A stretch of 63,228 nt of DNA, the filler included, from Dugesia japonica (taxonomy: Eukaryota): NCBI GenBank assembly GCA_001938525.1. It is 6 parts of 6 records of this genome, joined end to end, with 100 filler letters (N's around TTAATTAATTAA, not from the genome) between each part and the next. Parts side by side here need not be neighbours in the genome. Positions count along the whole stretch, not along the records: positions 49,290 to 63,228 come from MQRL01476771.1; 5 more parts are not named here. One strand, given 5' to 3'. How positions within the stretch are numbered: position 1 is the first letter of the stretch; each line of letters starts with the position of its first letter. A program made the position numbers and the translations under genes. Shown piece after piece: positions 52,369 through 63,228 of the stretch. Below the pieces are notes generated by a model. The model did not search any database. It saw only the letters and a list, made by a program, of their open reading frames with translations, and was not told where the DNA came from.

Positions 52369-53775
52369 GTGAGATATTTGATGTTTTATTGTGTTTAATT
52401 CTATCAAAATAACATTTAAATCTAAATCGTTAATTTTTTTTGTTATGGGTTTTTGAATTTGAATTTCTATTTACTCATTTAATTGATTAGATTTGAACTA
52501 AGCGAAACGTGCATTTAAACATTTAAGCATAAACAATATATTTATATGTAAAACTGATATCTTTTTATAATGATATGAATATTATTGAGATTTTAAATTA
52601 ATTATTTATGTTAAAACATTTTAAGAAATTAAATTCTAACATTAATAAACAAATTAAGAAAATCATATGGCTATCTTTAAGAAAGAATCATTAAGCTTTT
52701 ATCAATTACTTAGCTTTTTGATTTTGTGATGTATTTTAACATTTAATTTCAATTTAATCTATTAATCAGCTGTATCAATCCGTATTGAGAATTTATATTA
52801 AATAATGTCAGTGAATTATTGATTAGGCAAACATGTGTTATATGAAATTTTAGAACATTGTTAAAACTTTATGAAACAATCTAATGTTATTTAATGGGTA
52901 CTTTTCATATTGCTAATGAAAGCGAATAATTTTGTTTTAAAGAGATAAATTTTAGATAAATTATTAATATTTTATTAAGAAAAAGAATAACTTATTAAAT
53001 AAAATGTGAAATTAAATGGAATCTGTTAACATTGAAATTCGTGAAGTTGTTTTTTTTAATAAGAATCTTCAACAACATTTTAACACCTTTTTTCCTATAG
53101 TAATTAAACTTCTATAATTTAAATGAATTTCGGATTTAAGAATTAATTTATATTTTAAACATAAATTAAACATAATTATACATAAATAAAAATTTTTAAA
53201 AAATCAGATTAAACAGTCATTCATCTATACACTTTGTCACAGTTAGTTACTTTTATTGAAAATTATTGTAATTTAATTTACATAATCAATTATTGGTCTT
53301 GTTACTACTTGTTACAAGTCATTATTTTCATTTTAACTTCTTTTAACCATATTGCAATTTAGTAATTTCAATTATTCAAATTAAATTTAATCAGTGTTAA
53401 TTAATTTTATCAAAATATTAGCTTTTTCAAAAATTCAGCCTATAAAAGAGAATTAAATAAATTTATTTGAATCATTAACATTTACAATTCTCATTTCTTA
53501 GTCACAGTGCTGGAATTGTGTCAAGAGTAATTGTTTTTCACATACATACATTATTAATCCGAAATTTAAATGTAATCATAATTTTCTCCGTATCATTCGT
53601 AACGAAAATGATAATGCATCGAAGATCCACAATAAATTTAAAAATAATAAATATTTGAAAGAATGTTTTAAAACTTCTCGGTTTTATTTAAGAAGCAAAT
53701 TGTTCTCATTTTATAATTTCATGATTAAATATGAACATTATAGAAGGCAAAAACCTTTATTTCAATTTCCTAAGT

Positions 53776-54083
53776 CAAGGGTCGGCAATCTTTTTAGCCA
53801 AAGAGCCAAATCTGAGTAAAAAATCAATTGGCTCATTTTCAAGAGCCTCAGCCTTACTGTTACGAGTAATTAAATACGAGTAATTTAAATAAAATTATTT
53901 CCAGTATCAAATAGATTGAAGTTTTTAAAGAGTTTCTAAATAAAACTGTTTTGTATAATATATAAGTATATATTCATGTGGAAAGTAATATTAAAATATT
54001 ATATTAATGTAATATAATATTATTTTACTGGAGTTAAATAGCCGCATGCAGGGGTCGATAGAGCTGCAGGTTGCCGACCCCTG
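53776..54083. mobile_element. hAT (Buster/Charlie-type) MITE
   Basis: TIRs CAAGGGTCGGCAA / TTGCCGACCCCTG. Flanking 8-mers TCCTAAGT / ACCTATGC are TA-centred. Confidence 0.8.
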
Positions 54084-55149
54084 ACCTATGCCAAGATAGT
54101 ATATAAAACGATAAAAATCGCTGTAGTAAAATAAAGAAACATATCTTGCCTATGTCTAAAAATAAACAATTTTTTTATAAAATAAGTGAATTCAGAAATT
54201 ACGAACAATTTAAAACAGTTAAAAGTAAATTTATTTTAGAAATTTTTTTAGTTATTTAATAAAAAGATCGGTCACTTTTAGAAAAAATGTCAAAAAATAC
54301 TGACTGATTTAAAACTTTAGACAAATATTTTAAAATTCGAATAATTTAGTTATTTGGAATACGTATGAAAGTCTTAAATTGTTATAATGTTACAAATGTA
54401 ATTTTTTAATTCTAGTTTATCTTCTGTTACTAAATAAAATAGTCAAGTTTTTAAAATTTATAGTTGTCCTAATTGTCTAGTTTTAGTATTTGAAGTATAA
54501 CAGATTATTTTATGTTTTCACAAATTTTTAAAATGGTTTTTTTTNNNNNNNNNNNAAATAGTATTTGTAATCTATTTATTTCACCTCGTTAAAATAAATT
54601 TCAATATTTTCACACATGAAGATGCATACAGACGACTGTCGTATAAAAATTTAGAAAAAAAATCAAATGTGCATACATTATTGAATTTTCATGTTTCTGT
54701 GTAAATTTGTAGCATAGATGAAAGACAATGCAGCTCAGCCTGCTAATAATTATTGAGTCGATATTTTTTGTGCGCTTATCGGTTTGTCATTAAAAAACGC
54801 TGGTAATTTACATATTTTTACTGATCTGGATTACACTGAGATCATAACACTTGTAAATTTTAAATAATTTACTTTCTAATATAAAAATGATGTGCTTAAA
54901 TTTAATTATTCGAATTTTGATATCAAATTAAGCAGTGCTTTTCTTGAATTTTTATTTTCTTTTTATTAAATTATGGGGAGTTATTCTAGTCATATTTGGG
55001 TTTCATATTTGAAAACTATCGAAATTTATGTTAGCTAGTATTTAACTTCATATATGCTCTGTTAATTAAAATTGTAAGTTAAGCTGGTTTAGCCAACAAA
55101 TTATCTAGATTATTTGATTTGAAAAATAATTTAAATTAAGATGAATTTA

Positions 55150-57260
55150 ACTTATTTATTAATATGAATAAAATAATTATGAATCTTAAGAAATCAAATT
55201 ATCAAAATTATTCTGTGACTTTGGATAAATTGTAAAAAGTTTATAAAAACTTGTAAATATTTGTAAATTTGACAAAGATAATGGCTTAGTGGTTTTAAAT
55301 GATTTTGATTATTTGACCAAGATGGATGCAGTTTTTAAGATTGACAAAATGTGGGNNNNNNNNNNNNNNNNNNNNNNNNNNNNNNNNNNNNNNNNNNAAT
55401 AAATAAATTAATAATCTCATAAAAATGGAAATATTTCAAACGAACTTGATAAATATTTCCATTCTACAGAATCCATCCAAACTATATGGTTTACCTGAAG
55501 TCCTTAAAAATGTAGTTCCTATGCGACCGGTTTTATTAATGGCTTGATGACGAAATATATGGATTCTAAATTGATATCATTAATGAATTCAATTTACTTA
55601 ATGTAAGGATAGTTTGGAGTTTGTTAACTTTATCTCAAATTCTATTAAGAGTTTATAATGAGACTCTATGGTGAGTTTATGGTGTCCTTTGCTGATTCCA
55701 GCTTATTCACCAATGCTCCTTTGCTAGAAACTATAAATCTTAATTGTACTTTATAGGAAAGTAATGAATGATGGATATAACTGTCATTCATGAATTCTTG
55801 ACTTTTACAACGGATAATGTTTCAGTTTTGTTTAATAATGAATAGTTTAAAGAGATAGGTGAAGTAGCTATGAATTCTTCATTAGCTCCTACATTTGAAT
55901 AAACTTGAAGAATGAACTTATTTTCTTTAAATAAGGCTCTTGTTTATAGGAGATATGTAGATGATTTCGTTATTTTTGGTAATTGTGAACATGTTTTGCC
56001 TTTTCAAAGTTTTTCGAATTCGTTACATTCTAATATTAGGTTTATTGTAGAGAGGAGAGACATAGTATTTTGTCTTTTTTGGATATTTTAATTGAAAAAA
56101 AAGCATACCATCGTGAGACTGAAATCTTCAGAAAGAAAAGTGATACTGGCTTATATGTTACCCCAAATAACTTTTGTGATCCTGCTTATAAAAGGAACAT
56201 AATACAAGGTTTAATGTTTTGTTCTTGGTCATTGCCATCGACTTATGTAAAATCCTTCAAAAGCATAGAACATTTATTAAAGTTATTGCAAACAAACGGA
56301 TATAATAAACAATTTTTAAATTCATTGATTTCGCAGACAATTGATAAAATTTTCGTTGGTAATAATCTTGATTTCTATAAAGAGGTTGAAACTGTGTTGA
56401 TTAATTCTGAATCTAATAATCTGAAGGTTTCAAAAAGTTTAAGTATTCGATTCTGAAAGCAGATAAGGATCTTCCTTTATTGAAAATCGTTTATACATCT
56501 CATAAAGTTATTAATAGCTTTGTTAATAAATCTCATATACCAATTAGTTTGTGTTCTAACCTTGTTTATCAATTTAAATCTAATGGATGTGATGGCACAT
56601 ACATTGGAGAGACTGTCNGTCATCTCTGTACAAGGGTTTAAGAGCATAATCGTTTTGGTGGTGGTAGTAATATTGCTGAGCATAAAAATAAAATTAAATG
56701 TAATGCGAATTGTGACATTTCAAATTTTAAAATTTTGTCTAAACAATTTAAAAATTATTGGAAGAAAGTGTTGTATGAGGCGTTGGTGATTAGATTTCAT
56801 AATCCAAGCATTAATGTACAGAAAGCTCTTTCGATAAAATTAATAAAAAAAATTTTAGATTAAAAATTTTTACTTTTTCAAAAGTTTTTATAGGTTTTCT
56901 TTATTTTATAGGTTTATAATTTTTAAATAAAATTTCAAAAAATTTGACAATTTTGATGTTTTATTAAAGGTTTTAAAATTTCAATACATTTTATATTTAT
57001 TAAATTTGAAAAGAATATTTGTAAAAAGGAAAATATTTTGATTTTAATAGGTTTAAAAATTTTATCAGTCTTGAATTTTATAAAAAATTTTTAGCAGAAA
57101 ATTTTAAAAATTATAATTTTTATTATAGCCATCTAATATTAAGTATAATTGCTTAAATCTTTTTTTAAATAATACAGACTGAATAATCTCATATTTTTCA
57201 TTACGTCTGATGATGACGGTTGTTCCGTCGAAATATATCGCAATAAAGCTTTATTGCAAA
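55150..57260 (+). mobile_element. Decayed Penelope-like retroelement (RT + GIY-YIG endonuclease + hammerhead-bearing tail)
   Basis: KLYGLP...VPMRPV (~55480-55530), SLFTN, RRYVDD (~55950), SFLDILI...FRKKSDTGLY (56070+), IYQLVC...C..TYIGET (~56535-56615), and a hammerhead at 57201-57245. Confidence 0.9.
57201..57245 (+). ncRNA. Minimal hammerhead ribozyme in the Penelope pLTR
   Basis: CUGAUGA(57207-57213)-U-GACGG UUGUU CCGUC-GAAA-UAUA-UC: intact core, 5-bp stem II, palindromic stem III AUAUAU. Stem I is weak in this copy. Confidence 0.8.
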
Positions 57261-60200
57261 TAGCGTTATTTATTTTTTATCAAGCATTTGCCATCAATTT
57301 TTGCATATTATACTTTATTGTCAAATAATTTCTTGAATTCATTCATAAAGATTAGGATGCTTATAAAATGAAGTACAATTAAAGTTTTCTGAGAGACTTG
57401 GTCTATTTGAGACATGCCAGTATTTTTACTATTGATATTGTTTTCCATTTAAACTAACACTGATGTACTATTATCAAGAATTTTTTTCATTTGATAATTA
57501 AATATTCGTAATTTAAAATTTTATGTTTCAAAGAATTCAAATTCTTGAATCTAGATGAATACAATCTTGTTAAATTATCGAATAATTCGACGCATTAATG
57601 AAATTAGGTATCTTTTTCTTTTAAAAATGTTTTCTTTCTAACAAATACGGAAAATTTTAAAATGAGAAATGGTCATTGAAAATTTAGTGTTAATTCGTGT
57701 TAATTTAGTCTTAATTCGAATATACTATCGAATTCATTACCATCTCGTAAAATCTTTTACGAAATCTTTAAAATCTTTTGTCTTCCAGTTAACAAAAAGG
57801 ACTGCAAAAAAAATTACAAAAAGAAACCACGATCTATATAACATATCAGAATCAGTTTAAAACATTTCTATCTCATGATATTTTTTTCTTATTATTAATT
57901 ATTCAGACCTCTGATATATTTGCTTTAATGTTTTCATTTTCCTTGTTTCGCTATATCTGCTTTTTATATTTCTAGTATGTGCATTTCTCATTTGTTATCG
58001 GCTTTTTGTTAGATAGGTTAATGCATGCATTTTGTTTGAAATTTAAAAATATAAATTAAACTAGTTAAAAATTGTGTCATAGACAATAATTAATTATTTG
58101 TTGCAAGTAAAATAAAGGAAAAATATCATTTGTATAAATTAATGTTAATTTAGTACATAATTCACAGTTCATTAAATTTTAACTAATTTGCTGTTATTTT
58201 CAGTGTTAACAGACATAGGTCAATATCTTCATTGGCCTGTGTAGCATGTGTAACTAATGTAAACACAATTATGTTAAAATAAAAATTGTTACTTAATTTG
58301 AATTTTAAATATTGTAAAGTTTTAAATGAACATTTTAAATTAGATTTTTCATATATTGGCTATTTTTATTTGCAGTTTCCCAACGTTTGACCAAACTTTT
58401 GATACATGGCACTAAGCTTTATATTTGAAAAACCGAGTTAGGGCAGATTCGATATTTTTATTTTTTTAATTTTTGTCATGTTTTATTAAACTTTTGATTT
58501 CTTATTTATATTTATGGATTACGTTATTTTTTTGGTGTTATTATTGCCTAAATTGATCCAAAGACGAATTTAAAATGTTTTACATAATTGTATTTTCTTA
58601 TTGACCTTCAAAATTAATTGTAAAATAATTATATAAAGATATAGTAATTTATATATTAATTTGAATAATTTACCTTATCGATAAATATAACTGAGAATAA
58701 TATATTCTTGTAAAGTTATAATTGTTCTGTCAACTTTTTATTATTCCTTCAAAGTTGCATATTTATTATATAATACCATCAAGTTATTTGGCTTCGTATT
58801 ATATAATACTATTGCTTCACTTTAATTCTACTTAGCGATATTTTTAATATACTTTCTTTAATTCCATAAGTTGACTAAACGTTGTTAAATTATACAAATT
58901 CGTGACTTTGTGTGCATCACGAACTATCTGTTTATTATCATTTCGTAAATTTATTATTTAAATTGAATGAATCAGACAATGTATTTCTAATGAATATTTA
59001 ATTCTAAATTTTAGTAGAAATAATATTTTAAACGTGTTTGAATAAAGATTGTTTTTATTTTTCGAATAATTATTAATTATTATTTTTCAAAAAATATTTT
59101 TAAATAAATTAATAAGTGCACATTAAGTTAGTTTGTAAAATTTTTAAGTTATAAAATGATTTTAGAAATTTGTAAACACTTTCAAAAACATAAATAATTC
59201 TTCACTTCATCTTTTTCATTATTGTCAAAAATTGGATAAGGTAAATTAAGTAAATCTTTGTGGAATTGTGTTAAATTTGGACGATTATTATGAATATTTG
59301 TGATGCCAACTTTAAAAAAAATGGATTTTTTAATGTAAGTATTAAATTATTTTAAAGTTGCTATAGTTATCATTGCTTATATGATTACTTTTTTCACTAA
59401 TATTCTTCTAAAAATTTTTTAACGAAATTTCAGAGTTATGAACTGTGAGAATGTACGAATTATATTCTATAAGAAAAAATTAAACTCTATATTATATTAG
59501 TACTTTTTTAATAATGTTCACTAAAATATTTATTGAGATTCATATAAAGTATTTCTTTAAATATTTTACTAACTAGTTCTTAAAATTTTATGCATTTCAT
59601 TAAATCTTTAATATAGTTATTCGTTAAATGCTTTTATTTGTGAATTATTGGTCCTTTCTACAATATAACGTTCCATGATATTGTTCCTGGTGAAAACTGA
59701 CTCTTTCGAAGATTTAAACCATAAAAAAACTAGATAACAAATTTTTTATTTTCGCATTTCGAAAATTATATTTGATTTTTTTGTTAGTTCTATTTAAGAA
59801 TGTGTCTATTAATAAGCTCATTAATGAATATTGTTAATTCTTGTTCATTCCTACTTATTAATATATGTACAAAAAATTATTTAGAAACGCATTTACATAT
59901 TTTATTTATTAATTAATTATAACGTATTAATATTAATAATCCTATCCATAATTCTAATAATTTAATTCTATTGACCATGTAACTATGAAATTAGACTTTT
60001 AATAAACAAATTTTCTTATTGAATTCGTTTTTGTACATAAAATTTATGTATTTTAATTTCTCTGAATATAAATATTATTTTTTATAAATTATGTCATCAA
60101 TCATTTAATAACTTAAAATTAAATAAAAATTAAATTTAATAACAGGAAATCCTTTCTGTTTTAAAAATAGTTAATAAAGTTTGCTGGTTTTTATTTTATT

Positions 60201-61359
60201 TAATTATTGTTATTCTAAAATAAAATTTTTAATTTGCTATCGAAAACAGTAATAATTCACCAAAAGTTGCATATTTCATTAATCTCTATAATAATTTATC
60301 TTCAAAATTGAAATATCGATCATTTTTATTCACTTATAACAATTTAACTCAATACTACTTCGAAATACTGCACAAATTTAATGTAAATTAAAATATTTAG
60401 CAATGTGGCTATTCAATGTATTATTATATAATATTTTTAAAGTTATTTAATATATTTCATTTAAAAAAATAATTTTAAAAATTTATTTGTAATTATAGAT
60501 TATTAAAATCTAATTAAATTATAAAAANTTTTAGAAACTTTACTTATAATACATTTTGTTCTTTGGTACTAATTTTACGGATTTCATTTTAGCATTGCAT
60601 TGGTTTTTGATGGATTAGGAGAGTATTCATCATATCTTTTGGTTATTCGTAGTAGGTGATTCTATGGTTGCTGTTGGTAGGTTGATTTTTTCGTCCTCCA
60701 AGTAAAATTTAATTTTTTTTCTTTATTTGTTTTCAGACTTGAGGGATGTGTAGTCATTTTTTTACTCTAATACTAGTTTATGACCCAAATTCTTAATAAA
60801 TTTTCGCTGACAATATGAGCTAGTTTATCCTTTTCTTTTCTCTCCTATTTGGTTGTCTTATTATAAAATCTTATGCATCTTAACCAAAATAAAAACCTTC
60901 AACGTGGCATTGTCAATGAAAATTTTTGCGGAGCATCTTTGCTCCAAAGATCAAGAAAGTGTAGATGTGAGACTTTGTCTCAGAGAGGTACAAAATGCCT
61001 ATGAGCGTAAGTATTTCTTGAGAGTAGATTAGTGCTGTGTATTCAAGGGGGTTCAGAGATTTGTGGAAGATTGTGACAAAGGGGTGGGGAGTAGAATTTC
61101 TTCTTGTGAATTCTTTCTCGAGAAATTTGTCAATTTAAAAATTTTCATTTCTCGCGAAATTCGAGGAAGTCAGAAAAAAAAAATTCTTGAAATATTTCAT
61201 CATGACAATATTTTAAAGAATGCTTAAAGTTATGGGAACATTTTTTTCATTATGCAATTTAAGCAGCCAAAAGCCTATATTTAGCCTATACAAAGGGGAT
61301 TATATTTCTTAATTTTTTGAAATTTGGTTGGTTTAATTTTTAGCTAAATTGATTTTAAA

Positions 61360-61450
61360 AAGTCAATTCCTGACAAAGACAAAGTCGAATTATAAAATTA
61401 ATCGCCAAAAACAAAAAAACAAAAATTTTGATAGAAGCTTTTATTTTAAA
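61360..61450 (+). repeat. Partial copy of the hammerhead repeat
   Basis: AGTCAATTCCTGACAAAGACAAAGTCGAA...TTTTGATAGAAGCTTTTATTTTAAA; core degenerate. Confidence 0.7.
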
Positions 61451-63228
61451 AGAAATCGATTGAAATATAGATTTTTAAAAATTTTCTGGATTTTCATCAT
61501 CTCAAAAATTAAAAAATTTTCGTAATAATTATTGAATTTGAAAACCAAATCGTTATTTTTACTATTATAGTTTTAACAATTATTTCCACAATTTCCCAAT
61601 CTTTTCAAAATTTGCCAAATTTGAAATATTTTCAATGAAATTTCTATTATTATTATTGAAATAATTTTTATTTTTAATATTCAAATTTTTATAATTATTT
61701 ATATTAACCTTTATAACTAGAGCGTTACATACAAATTCACATACATACAGATGTAGTAATAAGAAAAATGAAACGTTAAATAAAATCGGAAATTTAAAGC
61801 AAATAAATTGTAAATATGTAAAAAATTATATTTCAGCCTGCAGATTTTATTTTGAAAAAACACGGAAATAATCATTTTATTGATGCTTCAATGAAATAAA
61901 AAAACTGTCTAAGTCGTAGTTCTATTGAATGAAATTTTATGCATTCATTGAAATCTTATCAATTATTCTCAAGAATATCATTAGTTAAATTATAACAAAA
62001 ATTATAAATTTTGTTTCATTTTTAATTTTCTTTCAAAGCAATTTCAATAAAATATTTTACAAAAAATGAATTGATAGATCTTGTAATTATTTCTCGATTA
62101 GAATTTATTGATTTTTATTATTTTTGTGTTTTTACAGATTAAAATCGTTGAGTAAAAATTTCACGTATACTATAATTATTTAATTATGTATGTAAAATAC
62201 ATCAATACGCTGTTAGTTATTTATACTATTATGTAATAAACTTCCAAGTAGATGTTTTTAAACGAATTTATTAGCTTTAATTTATATAAAATGAAATCTA
62301 TTCAATTGAGGTTACATTATTCAATAATGTTCTGTTTCTTCTGTTATACTGGCATTAGTAATGGATGATCCGAAATGCTCTTATGAGTTTAAAAGTTTTC
62401 ATCAAATTAATGTAATCAAAAATATAATTTTAATTATTTTGTATTACAATTGCAATTATTGCGTAAATAATTGTTGGACGTAACTATTGATCGTTTTTCA
62501 AAATTCATTTAAATAAAAACTTCGATCAAAATTTTGTAATTAAAATTTAGTAAAATAGCGAAAAAAAATTATAATTTTTAAAGCAGTAATTAAAAAAATG
62601 AAAATTAGTTAGCAAAGATAAAAACTAGAAACCATAATTTTTGTTGATAAACAATATAAGAATAAATTTGTTTTCAAATTTCACTTTGTTCATTTTATGA
62701 AATAATTTATCTATCCTCTTTGTTTAACAATTTTAGCATCATTATTCTTGCATATGACATAGATTGCTAATTTGAAAAGACTTTTTTGTGATCCACGTTA
62801 ATAACATTTCCTTGTTTTAAGTCATTATGTTTCAATTTCGTCTAATGGTATATATTTATCTAAGTTTAATGAGGTCGATAAGAAACTTGCTTGGAATTGT
62901 ATATATAAGGAGTTGTAGTTTTATATTATTCTATCATTTAAAAGTAATATTTAATTTCTAAAAAATATTTTTGGCTAAATTGAAATTTTTTTTTATAAAC
63001 AAAGTGGATTAAATAAATTTAAAAATTAAAATATTAACATTTTATCTTGTATATATTTGAAAAATAAAAATTTTCTTGGTTTTTTAATTTTTCTAAAAAT
63101 CCTCTTTTTATGGGATGGAGTAAAGTAATTATTTAAGGATAAAATTTATATGAAATAGTAATATTTATAATGTTTATAAGAAAATATTTTAAAAAAAGAC
63201 GTTTATTTTTAAAAATTTTTAATTTTTT

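Overview
Very AT-rich eukaryotic (metazoan, invertebrate-like) genomic DNA with 40-90 nt spliceosomal introns. The species cannot be determined from the sequence. The window is a concatenation of about six contigs joined by artificial N-TTAATTAATTAA-N linkers (near 11177, 19901, 28319, 40383 and 49234), so adjacency across these is not biological. Host genes: a 3-exon UQCC1/CBP3 chaperone (-), the first exon of a ZCCHC14/ZCCHC2-like gene (+), an 8-exon C2H2 zinc-finger/AT-hook gene (-, probably with a GC-AG first intron), and the first two exons of a PKA type II regulatory subunit gene (+) that the ORF track misses. Mobile DNA dominates: three decayed Ty3/Gypsy elements (one full-length with both LTRs, PBS, PPT and a 5-bp TSD), two decayed Penelope-like elements, two Buster-type hAT MITEs, LTR-like solo repeats and minisatellites. 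The most interesting signals are (i) a dispersed ~250-bp palindromic repeat carrying a minimal hammerhead ribozyme core on each strand, plus a hammerhead at the tail of one Penelope element; (ii) two families of small orphan coiled-coil pseudogenes, each present as two oppositely oriented paralogues, one family followed by a conserved, highly structured ~160-nt non-coding module; and (iii) a possible Polinton/Maverick capsid fragment. All calls are by eye; no searches were run.
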